DNA of 62,999 nucleotides, counting the filler, from Rhabdomonas costata (lineage: Eukaryota), in assembly GCA_019059605.1 (NCBI GenBank). It is 40 parts of 40 records of this genome, joined end to end, with 100 filler letters (N's around TTAATTAATTAA, not from the genome) between each part and the next. Parts side by side here need not be neighbours in the genome. Positions count along the whole stretch, not along the records: positions 25,253 to 26,730 come from JAHMHO010014908.1; positions 26,831 to 28,307 come from JAHMHO010014909.1; positions 28,408 to 29,884 come from JAHMHO010014910.1; positions 29,985 to 31,461 come from JAHMHO010014911.1; positions 31,562 to 33,039 come from JAHMHO010014912.1; positions 33,140 to 34,616 come from JAHMHO010014913.1; positions 34,717 to 36,192 come from JAHMHO010014914.1; positions 36,293 to 37,769 come from JAHMHO010014915.1; 32 more parts are not named here. The stretch is one strand, 5' to 3'. Both the position numbers and the translations under genes were made by a program. The notes below the pieces were generated by a model. That model was not told the origin of the DNA, did no database searches, and worked only from the letters and a program-made list of their open reading frames with translations. Numbering within the stretch: position 1 is the stretch's first letter; every line of letters starts with the position of its first letter. Positions 26,593 through 40,123 of the stretch are shown here, piece after piece.

Positions 26593-27140
26593 CTACCGCC
26601 AGCCCCCCGGCCTTCAGCCTGACCAACGGAATAGAAAAATCCGGAATCATGAGAACGCCCCTACAATTGCACACGGTGAATGGCTCAGTATTCCCCTCTC
26701 CCTCGCGCCGAAACATTCTGAACAACACACNNNNNNNNNNNNNNNNNNNNNNNNNNNNNNNNNNNNNNNNNNNNTTAATTAATTAANNNNNNNNNNNNNN
26801 NNNNNNNNNNNNNNNNNNNNNNNNNNNNNNGGGGGGGTTTGAAGTCACCCAGCATAGTTTCAGACAGGGTTGTCTTCTCAGTCGGGCTGGGCGTCTGAGG
26901 GGAAAATCGCAGAAACTTGGGCGGTGGACGCCACACAAAACGCATGAAATGCGCTTCACGGCAATGTACTTCCCGCTAATACTAGCAGCCTGGTTTGCGA
27001 AACCCACGGCACTGCCTCCCGAGAGGCTGAGAACATACCCGTTCGACTGCTGGGAGATGGAACCTGAGAAATAAAAAAGGCGAAGAGGACCAAGAAATGC
27101 TTGGACCAACTGCAAAAGTTAAAAATGCAGGCAAGCAAAC

Positions 27141-27944
27141 CAAGTCTGGTGCGGAAGCGCCGCGAGATTTCATCCAACTGGGAGGAGCGCAACTGCAGCT
27201 CTTCCCTACACTTCTCTGCAATTGACCTGAGATTGAAAAGCCGAAGTGCGTGTGGAGACATGTGGAGGAGGGAGGGAAGGAAAAAAAGGAAGAAAAAAAG
27301 GAGTTGAATATGTGGGGGAGACTGAAGGAAGAAGGAAGAAGGAAAAAGGAAAAAGAAAGAAGGACGGGGGAAGACAATATGCTTCTGTTTTAAACGAGAG
27401 ATTGGGTTGGGGCCCCAGCTCTGCAACTTGTCCGGATCTCAGAACATTTTTGGACTTTCGGTTTCATCTTTTCATGGGAAGGTCATGTTTGAAAACGAGG
27501 TCCTTCCAGTGAGCAACCAAAACCTGACGAACAACACCAGGAACCAGGGTGCCATAACTCTCTCTCGGTCGTAAGCACACAATTAAGCACACAGGCAAGC
27601 ATAATGAAAAGGACCAACCAAAATTCTGAAGAGCCTTCTCCAGGGCTTCCTTTCTGCCTCAAAAGAGCAGCGTGATGCTCGTTAAGTGAGGCCAAGGTCG
27701 AGCTCTCGGCGGTGAGCCATTGATCAATGTCGCGCAAGGAAGTACACCAAAGGCCGGCTGTGCCGGGCATGTCTGTTGCAGTGTCTGGAGGGTTCAAGCG
27801 AGAAAGGCCATCAACGGTCATTTCGGAAGTGTCCTGCAAAAGAAAAAGAGCAAAAAAAAAAAACCGGACAAGCAGAAAATTCCAGGCACCGTGCGTATGA
27901 ACGGGCCAAAAGCTTACCTTTTGCAACCCTTCATCCGAAGGCAT
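27141..27944 (-). CDS. Hypothetical multi-exon protein, possibly coiled-coil
   Basis: Candidate exons 27944-27918, 27833-~27620 and ~27226-27141 join in frame through GT-AG sites with pyrimidine tracts. Confidence 0.4.
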
Positions 27945-28539
27945 CTAGTTCAGCTTGTCAAGCTTCAGCTTGTCAGCTTGTATTTACAGAAACATTACAC
28001 ATTGGCTGGTTCAACCAGGTTCGAGAAAAGACCGAAAAAAGAGAAGCTGTGGAGCAGAGCCGCCTTTGGCGGTGGGGCACTGGTCGTTGTGAGAACAAAA
28101 AGTGTGCCGAAGTGCACCTGAGCCATCGAAAGTTGTGTCCCTGAGTATTTTGTGGACCACTAACATTGGTTGACCGGCCCTACTACGTTTCTGGTCGAAG
28201 CGTGACAAGGGTTTTCTTGTCTTCGCGCGCGCTTGCACGTGCGGAAACTCGAAAACAATCACACACTTCAGAAAGAAAATCTGCCGCTTAAAACAGCCCA
28301 CCCACCCNNNNNNNNNNNNNNNNNNNNNNNNNNNNNNNNNNNNNNNNNNNNTTAATTAATTAANNNNNNNNNNNNNNNNNNNNNNNNNNNNNNNNNNNNN
28401 NNNNNNNTGTGTTTGTGCTATAAATCAATCTCGAGAAACAGCCGTCTCACAACTGCTTTGGTCAGTGAAAGGAGACCGTTCGTGTTGCGGCCGTACTGGC
28501 CATTTTTACGCTTAGCATCGCGATCGTTTGCCTTTTCAG

Positions 28540-29884
28540 AGGTGGAGTCTCAAGCACGACCCCGGCCACCAGAGGCTGCTTAAGCCGCTGTACCGTCGCC
28601 TGTTCAGCTACGCTCAGCACCCCAACCTATGGAAACGCCTGGGCGCCGCGTTGGCGTTCAACCGCCTTCACCGCGAGTTCAGGGAGGTGGATCAGGTCGG
28701 CATCTTCTCTTCTCGTTCTGCTCTCTGTCTTTCAATCTCTCCCTTGGCCTCCCCATAAACGTTCCGATCCTTTCCTGTTTGTGTTTTTTGTTGATTAATT
28801 CCTTGTCATCCCGCAGCTGGTCGACTTGCACACCCTGGAGCTTCTGTACAACGCTGTTGTCTCTCTGGCCTTCTCGGGGGCCGAAGAGCCCCTCCGTGGG
28901 CTCTCAGCCCTGGCGTCCACAACCTCCTCCTTTGCAGCTTCTGCCAGCGCTGCCACCACAACGGCGCAGTGGGTGGATTTTCTGGGCCGCCTGGAGAGGC
29001 TGATTGTTGTGAAGGCCTCAGTTCTGTGCACTCCCAACCCCTCCCGCGGTCGCCTCGCTGACCTTCCGTCAGCGGTGGAGTGGCTGTTCCAACAGTGTGG
29101 GCGAGTTGAGCGGGCGTGCCGCAGCCAATGCATGCGGCTGTTCGTCAGCTTTACCTGTGCCATGGCCCCGACTCCCGAGGCGGTCGCTGAGGCTCCTCGG
29201 TGGTGGCTGCAGACGAAGCTGCAAAAGGATGCGCTTGTGGTGCGGCAAATGTGTGAGAGGTTCACTCAGCCGCTGCCGGAGAACCTCTCCGCGCTGGCCC
29301 ATGTCAACCTCCCTGCCTACCTGGCCTGGGCCAGGCAGCTGCAGCAGTGCCTGCACACCTACACCTGGGTCTTCAGCCAGCGCTTTCTGTTTCCTCATCA
29401 GGTTCGCAGGGTATAGGGGAGTGGGCGAGTGTAGTTTCGGCTCTTGTCAGGGTGCTTTTTGGGAACCGTCTGCATCATTTTTGCACAATAATTTCCCGAA
29501 GTGGATGAGAATGATGGGTTCAACTTTCACCGCATTGTATGGGAAGCAGAATTGTGTTCTTCTTATTTACCCCTCCATCCTGACTTCGCGTCACCTCTTT
29601 TCCAGCGCACCTGCACCTTTCTTGCTTTATCGGTTCTTTCCCGCCCCATTCAGTGATCCGCTCCTATCTTGACGGTTTTTTCTGCTTCGACTTGCTCATC
29701 AGCGGGCATCCGCTTCTTCTCTTTCTCGCAGGCCTTCCAAGGACTTTGCGAGGAGGGTACTGAAAACCCCTGTGGCCCTCCCGCGAAGAAACCGAGGCAG
29801 GTCGCCAGCCGCAGTGCAGAGCCCTCGAGCCCCCTGCCCTCGGCTGTGCTGCAGCACCTCTTCTACTTCGCCCACCACACCACA
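28540..29884 (+). CDS. PRKDC: DNA-dependent protein kinase catalytic subunit, HEAT region (exons 28540-28695, 28817-29401, 29732-contig end)
   Basis: RWSLKH..LYRRLFSYAQHPNLWKRLGAALAFNRLHREFRE..|LV..VEWLFQQCGRVERACRSQCMRLF matches DNA-PKcs [54 protein letters not shown]. Confidence 0.92.
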
Positions 29885-32800
29885 NNNNNNNNNNNNNNNN
29901 NNNNNNNNNNNNNNNNNNNNNNNNNNNNTTAATTAATTAANNNNNNNNNNNNNNNNNNNNNNNNNNNNNNNNNNNNNNNNNNNNGTTGTTAACCAGCTCT
30001 TTATGAGTGTAATGAACCCTCAAGATATTTCGGCACCTCTGTTCGTTTCGTTCGAGGGTCGAAAATGCCCAGAGTAATTGTCACGGAGTCCCAGAAGAAT
30101 GACAGGTCGTTTAGAATAATACCAGCAACCCGACAACAAAGGTCCAGTGAAAGAAACAACACCGACAGTGGTTGCCCTAAAACGAAGAACACTCGACAGT
30201 CAACATAGGGTTTTTTGACGCTCAGCGGGGCAAAAACTTCAATTCTCCCTTGTTGCTGAGCTTTTTGCCCGTCAAGAAAACTTCTTTTCAATCCCAAGGA
30301 AGATGTTTGAGGACAAAAGAAGTCATAATGTAAGAAGAAGAAAAGCACTAACCGAATTCTGACGCGCACACAGCAAACGGGTGGATAACCACAAGCTTGC
30401 GGCACTTCTGGCAGACCAATGTCAGGGCCCGGTCAGATCCTGTGCTACAGTCTGATGAGTTCGCTGGGCTCTTTGGGAGCTCCGAGGAGCTGTCCAACGC
30501 CCGCATGGGGCTCATCGGCCGCGACGCAAAGGATTGTCGTGCAGCCGCAAGGGCAGCCATGTCAGCGAAGCAGGGCCGAGCAGCAAGTCAGCGTGCCCTC
30601 GTTCAAGGCCGAAAGCGGTAATCCCAGGCCAAAAGGAATTGAGCCTCAACTCAAACTGAAGGCACAGCCTCAGGTACCAGGGACCAGGGACCTGGCCGGT
30701 CGCTGAGATAATTGTCAAACGAGGAGTAAACGCTTGCTCAGTGGGTGCACAGGATAGCAGAACAGCTTCATTCAAAGCAACAGAACAGTGTACCAGTGCA
30801 GAACATGCAAAGATAAAGACTGTGCGGCAGAACAAACAGAACCTTTCATCCACCCACCCACCCACTGGACGGGCTCTTGGCAGATTCACAGGTGATTTAC
30901 ACGTTCCTCGCAGTGGGCCTCGGCATCTTCCGAGAATTTCTTCTGTGTAAGCTGCTTATTGCTGCTTCCCTCAGGGGTGTAATGAGTGTGTTTTGGGTTT
31001 CGATTTTATGGGGAAGTAACAAAAAACAGTACATTACTGAGGGAAGCTGGCAACATCCCCTTGATTTCCCTCGGTGGAATCCTGCACGTCACACAATGAA
31101 AAACTAACAAAAAAACTAACATTCACAACTGGAAATAAAGATTTGAGTGTCGCTTGTTTTTATTGGAACTGTGTGAAGTTACCCTCATGTTAGAGTGACC
31201 ATATTTCATAGTGGATGTGTCGAACACAGCTAAGGTGGTGCGAATTTGCTGGCTTTAATACAAACGGTAAGTTGCGTAAAGTGTTTTCGGCCCCCGTTTA
31301 AAAATATTATAATAGCTGTGTTCTCCCACAAACACCTCCGGTGGTAGAAGAAGCCGCTTCCATCCACGTTGCAGCCCTCAAAATCATCGTCAACGGGCCT
31401 TCACATTGTAAAAACTCCAATGAACCAACTTCCTCTTTTTTATTCCATCTCCCACACCCCCNNNNNNNNNNNNNNNNNNNNNNNNNNNNNNNNNNNNNNN
31501 NNNNNTTAATTAATTAANNNNNNNNNNNNNNNNNNNNNNNNNNNNNNNNNNNNNNNNNNNNGGTTTTCACGGAATTTCCAGAGTTGTTTTGTTGTCGTTT
31601 GACACTGCAAAAGACACTTCTTAAACGTGGGCAGTGCCCAATGGAATCAGAAAACCGCGTTTGGTGTTGATGATTTCTTAAGTTAAGCATCGTGAAACAT
31701 CGTGACGACGCTGACATTGGGATTGAGACATTACGAGCGTAGCAAGAGAGAGAGAGAGAGTAGATGCGGGTTTGCCACTGGTTACCTGGGTGGTTGTGGA
31801 TTCATCCCCCCGGTCCGGCACTGCCGCAACCCACCCGTACCCCGCCCACGGGGCCAACATTGCTTCCAAGCGGCACCCGTTCGTAGTGTGGCATAACGGA
31901 CGCCGGTCAACTCATCGCCGCCGTGCCAATCGTGTTTCCTTTCCCCTACAATGGGTTTCCGGTCAATTCCCGTGCATAGACGCGTCCTCCGTTGAAAGTC
32001 TGGCTGGTTCATACCACGGCGGGTTTTGAGTCACGCGCAAGGCTCGACATCACCGTCCATGCGTAAAGTGGGGTGTGGGTATTTTCGGCGGAGAGCGCGG
32101 AGCGAGTGACGACACCTGATCGACAGAACGTATTCCGAGGTGGAGATCACCACCTTCATTCGGGGAGCGGCGCCCTCATCATTCAGGTTGGTTTGTTCCT
32201 TCGGCGGAACGATGTCAATGGACGTCCCCCATGGGTGCGCCCGGGCGGGGGTTTTTGTGAAGGTGGGGATGCTGATGGGTGCGAATTCATGGTTGAGTGT
32301 TTGCGTGCGACAGAAGGATTTCCGAGAACCTGGACGGTCAATCACCACAGCAACGGATCCGACCAGAACCACCACCAGAATATACACTCCAACCAGACAC
32401 CGACCTTACCTTCCCACCTGACCACAGAACACCATGCAGAACGACAGATCCCCATCCAAAAACCAACACACTCCCACGAAAGCAACTCCCACCCAGCACT
32501 ACAACTCACCGATTGCGACCTCCCACTCAACAACCTCCGTTTAAACGCCCCAACTCTGACACCATAGACCTAAACCCACCAGCTTCAATACCACAGAAAA
32601 CAAGACACAAATGACTCAACCACCCACGCCAACCTCCGAAAACAATGCCAACCTCCAACCCAATATCAAACACAACCTACAACTCTAAGATCAATTGCCA
32701 ATACCAACACCCACTCAACCACATACCCAGCCATTGCAATACCATACAATCAAATCAACTACGCAATACAAATACCTACACCACTACACCAACCCATACC

Positions 32801-33342
32801 ACTACACCCACACTCATACCAACCACCTACACCATACAAACCACTACACTACAACACAGACAAATACAATACAATAAAGAACGCGCACACGTAAGACCAA
32901 GGCCCAATCCAACACCCTTCTAGCGATAAACACGCAAAAAATTCCACCAAAATAAAACGCACTAAAAAAGGTTGACAAACACCCCATTTTATCAAAAATA
33001 CCAGGTAATACAACATTTTCTCCACCAAATTTCTGAATTNNNNNNNNNNNNNNNNNNNNNNNNNNNNNNNNNNNNNNNNNNNNTTAATTAATTAANNNNN
33101 NNNNNNNNNNNNNNNNNNNNNNNNNNNNNNNNNNNNNNNGTTTGAAGAGCGGATGCAGTGGGACAGGTAACAACACTCCGAAAATCTGCATCATTGGAGG
33201 AAAAGGGTCGAAATTGGTGCGGAACTTTACTCGCTCTGCAAGGCCAAGCGATTTGTCTCGGCATTATCCTTCGGCACCAGGGCGGGGACCGAAGTGGACT
33301 AAGCCGGAGAGAAAAGTTTGAATGCAGAAGGGCGGGGGGTAC

Positions 33343-34168
33343 CTGGCAGAGGGTAAGGGTCTCGACAGACATCGCCAGGAGGGGATCCAGGTGGAACTCT
33401 TGGGTGCGCTCAATGAGCAGAGGATGGCCCTAAGTAAACCCAAAACCACGTCTTGTGGGATGAACCCGCTTAATAGAAAAACACCCGTGCATCGAGCTCG
33501 ACAACACAAGCACCTCCTTGTCTTTGCTTAAGACCACTCTTGCCCTCATCTGCACCTTTCGCCATCTGTCCATCTCCCGTGGCCACTGCCAAAAGAACAA
33601 CGCTCCACAGGAGCCGCACGTAAGAGAGTCCGATTTTTTATTTTACATCGCCCCTGGCATGGGATAACTGGTTACCGTTACCCCTCATCCCCAGATCGCC
33701 CTACCCTGAAAAGCCATTCCAAGCCAGCAAACGCACGCTTAAGAGTATCAGCTGCCCAGTCATCGACAGCCTTCGATTTTTTTCCGGTGCATCATTTTTT
33801 AACCCTGCCTCCCGCTCCAAGCAGGGCTCCACTCCACGGCATGCCCGCACAAAAGGGAAGCAAAAGTAGCCGAGGCACATATCAGAGGGATGGACACACA
33901 GGAGGGGAGTTGGATACACAACCAAAGCTCCAGCTTTGCGAAACCTGTCTCAAGGTAACGGGTACACGAGGAAAGGGTGACGACACCCTGCACCATAAAG
34001 TACGCAAATGCATTTAGGTCAAGGGTTGCGGTTTTGACTGTGGCCCCATTGGCAAACGAGACATCCTCGGCACACCCGGTTGTCCGTGCCGTAGATTCCA
34101 GTGGACCAGCTCTTGGCAAACTCGTCCCAGTGGTCCAAAGGGCGGGTGAGCAGCGTATCCGCATCGAC
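33343..34168 (-). CDS. Sec14-like CRAL-TRIO lipid-binding protein (exons 34168-34076, 33429-33343)
   Basis: Not called as a unit in the ORF track. Splicing at GTGTG..TAG gives VDADTLL..WSTGIYGTDNR|GHPLLIERTQEFHLDPLL, matching the Sec14 pattern YHGVDKEGRPVYIER. Confidence 0.72.
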
Positions 34169-34716
34169 CTGGGAAATACGAACCGGGCGTTCAGGAGGGA
34201 GGGAAAATCGGAAACCCCCTCTTAGAAGTCATCAATGTCGAAATCGCAAAAAGAACAATGCATGTGCAGCGGTGATGCGAGAATTTCCCGGCACACGTAT
34301 ACCTCATTGATTTACATCTCAATGGTGTACGCATATCCAAGGGGTGCATAAGCATTTGAAACCAGCCCCAATTGGCCTGCAAGCTGAGTCAAGGGGAGAG
34401 CTGCCGATGCTTGGCACATGGGCGGGCTGTTCATTCCATACCAGACGGGTGGGGGTCTCTTAAAAAAAGCACCGGAAAAATGCAGCTGCCAGGCGAAGGG
34501 CGGAAGAGAAAAGTGTACCCCTTGTGTACCTGTTGTGTACCCCCCCCCCTCAACCCAAAGGAGGAAACTTCACTGCTCGCTGCTCACTCACCCCACAACC
34601 CAACCACACCCAACACNNNNNNNNNNNNNNNNNNNNNNNNNNNNNNNNNNNNNNNNNNNNTTAATTAATTAANNNNNNNNNNNNNNNNNNNNNNNNNNNN
34701 NNNNNNNNNNNNNNNN

Positions 34717-35013
34717 TTTGTGGCTTATTTTTTCCCAAAGACTGTCCGCACTATGTGCGATGCGTTATTAAGAAAGGGCATGCAGAAGAGTGAGGTGGTA
34801 CTCCCCCGTATGAATGGGAGAAATTGCGGGAAGTCGGAGAGGAGGAGGGAGCATAATGATAGCATCCCTCAGCCCTCCGCGTTAACGATAGGTGTCCTGT
34901 CCCAAACTTCTCCCATTCATACGGGGGAGTACCACCTCACTCTTCTGCATGCCCTTTCTTAATAACGCATCGCACATAGTGCGGACAGTCTTTGGGAAAA
35001 AATAAGCCTCAAA
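34717..35013. repeat. 106-bp inverted repeat at the contig start
   Basis: 34717-34822 versus 34908-35013; one mismatch seen. Confidence 0.92.
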
Positions 35014-37621
35014 CAGCAAAGCCTCAACAGTAATGCAATAGCATTTATGCACTTGTTCTTGTACATGGACCTGTTCTGAGCCATCGCCACTGCAAGCTCG
35101 GTGCACAGCGCGAGATATTCCGGGCGCCTCTGCTGGGTCGTCAGGTCGTCCGCGGCCTTCTCACGAGGCTCGTCTCCCGAGACGGCCATCCCCAGCTTGA
35201 CCCAGTGATCGGGAACAACAGCGGCGGCACCACTACAGTGGATGGGCAGAGAACGATGAGCTGCTGCACACGAAACCCAATGGAACGCCTACCATATATA
35301 ACTTGAGGAAATATTGTTCGCAGATAGTCATGCCCCAGCAATAGATACAAAACACCAAAGACACAAAACAGCAAAGAAGGCCCGCCGAGGTGGGCACCTC
35401 GAAGGACAAACATGCACACATGCTTCGTGAGAAAAAAGAAGGAGCAAGCGGCAAAACACCACACGTACGCACAGACTTCTTCGCATCTTCCGCGGTGGCC
35501 TCTGCGATGAGCTTCGCGGCAGGTCTCACGTGTAAGACAACTCGAAAAACCAGCTCCAGCCTGAAGCCCAAGACAAACAAACAAGATCACAGCAGCACCG
35601 AGCACTGAGCGCCTCCGCCCAATCTACCCAAAAAGCAGTTCACTGAAGACGTTCCATTTTTACTGTCTTGTTTCCACTTGCCTGCAAGCGTTTTGGTGAG
35701 AACTCCAGAGCTGACACCTCATTACAGTGGGAGCCTGGCGAAATACTGTTTCCCAAAACAGGTAACCCAAACTGTTTGCCTCCATCCTGGAGCACACACT
35801 TGCACCGCAACGAAGAGAGTCGGCAATCTAACAAAAGAATGGGGGATACGCACCACTCCACAGGCAACAGGTCAGCCAGGCCCAGGGACTCAACCACGGG
35901 GGCCGCAGCAACTTTCCCACCCTGAGAACAAAAACAGGTCAGACGAGCAGCAGGCGAACGAAGGCTGAAATTTGAAAGCGAACAATCTCTCAACAAAGAA
36001 ACCACCGACGCGTACGCCGTTCACAATTGAACACGGCCTGAAGTTGGCTTACCCTGCCCACGGAGAGCCACCGGCTACGCAAACGTGAAGAAACGAAACG
36101 CGCATCGGCACTCACGTCCTTCCGTACTTCCGCACACAGCTACACACAGGAACCTGCTTTTCTCGGCCAGGCTTGACGTCCATCAAACAACCNNNNNNNN
36201 NNNNNNNNNNNNNNNNNNNNNNNNNNNNNNNNNNNNTTAATTAATTAANNNNNNNNNNNNNNNNNNNNNNNNNNNNNNNNNNNNNNNNNNNNTGTAGATC
36301 GGCGCCTGCCTCAAGCCATCTTTTTTGGGGAGGTTGCACGGAGTGTGGAGGGGAACCCGTGGGCAAGTTTGGTGGCTCACGCTGTTCGGGTGGACGCGGG
36401 GTTGGCATCAAGCCCGACGGTTATGGTGGTACAGAACTCAGACACCAGGTATTCTGGGTTTTCGCGATGCAACGGGTTGGCGTGGACAATACGATTTGGA
36501 GAGGTCGAATAATCGTGGACCAACATCACTTCCTTGCAAATGATATTTAGGTTATTCCACAGCTTTTTCTCCGCTCTCCCACCAGTGTAATGCTCGCATT
36601 CCCACATACAGGGTGTTTTTTGTTGTCTTTGCTGATATCCTTCATGTTGCTGTCGTTGTGGTTCGTGGACGATACAGGAATCCTGTCGTGAACTTCTTAG
36701 GCCTCTTGTAGAGACGCTGACGAAAGCCTTGCCCAGAGCTTTGGTGGTGGCCGTGAGGTCCATGACGAACACCACAGTGTCCTCTCAGCACTACGAGGCA
36801 GGTGCTTGCGTGGCTGTTACTGCGAATGTAACTTTTCACTCACCTTCTCACGGGCTGAACCAAAAGATCATCTGCACTTGTCACCGAAGTTTTGGCCCAG
36901 CTAAACTCAACGGGAATGGTCTACTCTTAATGCTGGTGCTGGAGCATGAAGTTGTAGGGTTGACCGGCGACAAGTTCGAAGGGTTGGGGGTCAGGTTTCG
37001 GGGTATGAGGGATGAGGGTACTGGGAGCCGTAAATCAATGCCCCACTCTACAAAACGAATTATTTTAACAGTCCTGATCGGAGTTACCAATATCATCACC
37101 TAGATGTCATGTTCAGTTGTTTTGTATTGTGTTGTTTTGTTTTTCCCATTAATAATTATGGCTCAAGAATTCGAGTCACAATCCACGTCACAGCCAGAGT
37201 GAAAACCTTCGTTGCACATACGCTCACGCACTCTTTCTTTCCTCCTTCTCTCTTCCTGTACTCTGAGAACGCCCTGTCCTGTGAGGGGGACCTCACTGCG
37301 CGAGCCGTGGCGCACCTCAGCGAGCAGCAATGGGGGGTGGGATGGCAGCTGTGGCTGCCCCGCCCCGGCTCGGACACACCCTCCCTGCCCTCCTCTCGGG
37401 AGCCCTTTGAGGACTCCCCACGCAGCCTACAGGGCACCCTGGCCGCAGTACTTCGTGGGGCGCGCAGGACATGGGTTGCGGTACCCCAACGGGCCTTTGC
37501 GGGTCTCCCTGAGGTCCTTCCATTCCTCCTCCGTCCGCTTCCTTTTGTCACTTGTGTGTGGTTTCCGTTGCTTGTGTAGGCCCAGTGTTGCTTTTGGGAC
37601 TTTTAAGGCGCTCTTTTTTGG

Positions 37622-37769
37622 TTGGAAATTCAGCAATTGTGCCTTTATTCATTTTTTTCGGGTTTCTGCACAGGCTTGGAGGCAATGGTATTCCGGGCGC
37701 ACTGCCGAGCAGGTGGTCAGTGCCGCTGCCCGAAAAAAATGAATAAAGGCACAATTGCTGAATTCCCAA
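37622..37769. repeat. 41-bp inverted repeat at the contig end
   Basis: 37622-37662 versus 37729-37769. Confidence 0.88.
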
Positions 37770-39446
37770 NNNNNNNNNNNNNNNNNNNNNNNNNNNNNNN
37801 NNNNNNNNNNNNNTTAATTAATTAANNNNNNNNNNNNNNNNNNNNNNNNNNNNNNNNNNNNNNNNNNNNGTGTGGGTTGAATGTTAAACTCCGGTCTTTG
37901 GGTTCCTTCAATAGTCGTAGCTGCGCGACAAGAGCCCGGGCCCCGTGAGGTGGAACGTGACCGCACGTGGGACGTTTGGAGGTTAGCCGGTACCCCTCGC
38001 TCCGAAGGTATACCCCTTGCTCTTGCGAGCACCCGTATGGCCAACAGTTCGTGCGCCCGTCAGTCCACAGCGGTTGCCAACAGTCAGTCAGGCCCCAGCC
38101 CTAGCGCATTGTGCGCCCAACACGTCCATCTTTGGGTGCCATTTACCAGTCGGTGTTTTGCTTTTGCTCTCAGGGATGTCTCGACCTAACGTGGATTCAG
38201 ACCCAGTTTGAGCAGCTGAAACTGCTCGCCCACGCCGCCACGGACCCCACAGCCACGGTGTGTGAGCATGGCCCTGCGTGGTGCGTGCGTGGATCTCGGC
38301 CAGACTCAGACTTTCTTTTGGGCTTGTAGTAGAGTGGAGGCGGACAAGTGTATTGAGGCCCTCAATTGTATGGAAGGTGTAATGGTAAGGGCAAAGAGGG
38401 CATATTTGGCGGAAGTTGTGTGGAGAGGTGCTTTTTCTTGCCTCAGGAAAATCGTTTTCGTCGATTTTTCGTTCTTTAATAAGTTTTTTTTAATAAAATC
38501 TCTCCACATTGTCACAACGGTTCACGAACGCGGTGCGCAATTCCTTCAACAGAAAACGATTCCAAAGTACCCTACATCATACAATATGGGTTTTGTGCAA
38601 CAGGAGGAGCAGCCTCTGCTTGGGAAGGCCGACGGGCGCAACCAGAGCTCAGGTGTGCTTTTCTTCATTGGCGGCTGCTATTCACCTACTCACCCACCCA
38701 TCATACACACAGGACACCGTGATACAATGTTTCCGCCCCTCTAGTCATGTCACTTGTCACTTGTGGTGGTGGGGACGTCCTCCTGAGGACGGGTGCAGCT
38801 TCCACTGTTGTGTCAATTTCCCTGACTTGTGGATGGATGGAGCTGCCTGAGCCTCGAGTAAACGACTCTCCTGTGCTTTTCGCCTGTTTTTACCCTTTAT
38901 GGACCCGGGGTTTTAAATATTGTAAAATGCTGTAAACTGTTGTTCAATGTTGTATAAAAAAGCTGCAAGAAAAATTTCCGGCCAAAAATTGTAAAAACAA
39001 ACAGACAGATATGCTGAATTATTTTTTGTATAGTCAGCTGTTCTGTGAGACGTGGCCTGCCACGGTATTGGCGTTTTGTTCATCTCTCATCGTTTACATC
39101 GGACATCGCATGCATGGGGTGACAGAACCGGTAAGATGCGCGAGCCTTAAAACCCGTGAGCCTCCCAAAGACCCGAAAACGTCACGTGAATGACTGCCAC
39201 GCGTTAATGCGAAAGAAGACGAGCGAGATGAAGCAACCACACAGTGCCACAGGGCAAGGCGGGCAACATCCCAGGATCCGGCAGTCGTGCCTTCCTCACT
39301 ACGCATACATCAGCAGCACCACCCCCTGGCAACATCACCCAACAACNNNNNNNNNNNNNNNNNNNNNNNNNNNNNNNNNNNNNNNNNNNNTTAATTAATT
39401 AANNNNNNNNNNNNNNNNNNNNNNNNNNNNNNNNNNNNNNNNNNNN

Positions 39447-39771
39447 TAAATCTGCTCATTAGTGCTTCAATTTTATCTTTTAATACGGTGTATTCACCTT
39501 CGTATTGTTCAAATCGTCTTACTGAATCAGATTTAAGGTAATTGCAGCATCGTTCACAATAAAAATCAGATGTTGGGCGACCTCTATAATTATAACCGAA
39601 TATTTCGCTATCTTCTGATGCGTTTTTATCTGAAAATATTTTGAATTCTTTATTATCTATCATATAAACTGATGAACAATGAAAACAGTATCTTACTTTA
39701 CATGTCATACAATAAAAACTATCGTTGATGTTAACACATTTATTACATAATGGACAGTGAATTATTATCAT
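39447..39771 (-). CDS. Cys-rich, probable zinc-binding hypothetical protein from the AT-rich foreign contig (3' truncated)
   Basis: Intronless, A/T-ending codons, with CPLC..C, CMTC, CFHC and CERC clusters. Starts at TATAATG, 37 bp after the previous stop. Confidence 0.75.
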
Positions 39772-39808
39772 TATAATAATACTATATTTTAATAATTTAA
39801 GTTTCTTC

Positions 39809-40123
39809 TTATTGAACTGGAATAATAAATTCAGTTGAACATTTACAAATACCTAATGAAACACCATCAGATGACTCTACCTTTTGTTTTTTATTCTTAA
39901 TATACTCATTAACATTATGTTTTATGTCATCTAACTTGCGCATTGCATCATATGCTATATCACGTTTTGTTTGATGTATATAATCTTCAATATCTTTATC
40001 GTTTTTAATATTATCAAGATGAACATAAAGAGCACTGTACGATATTTCATGTTCAAATGACTCATCTTGTTTATTTTTAATTTCTTTATTTAAAACACTA
40101 ATAAGATTTTCCAATGGTTCCAT
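39809..40123 (-). CDS. 104-aa charged helical hypothetical protein from the AT-rich foreign contig
   Basis: Long ORF in very AT-rich DNA, rich in K/N/I/D/E, starting at TATAATG. Confidence 0.72.
   Translation of the reverse strand: MEPLENLISVLNKEIKNKQDESFEHEISYSALYVHLDNIKNDKDIEDYIHQTKRDIAYDAMRKLDDIKHNVNEYIKNKKQKVESSDGVSLGICKCSTEFIIPVQ

Noticed and set aside
27620-27660. Possible GC-AG or nonconventional intron
   Set aside because: A nearby GTTGG donor gives the same phase. No intron in any recognisable gene here needed non-GT-AG borders.
34076-34168. VDADTLL as a glycosyltransferase DxD motif
   Set aside because: Splicing to the next exon gives a better CRAL-TRIO match.
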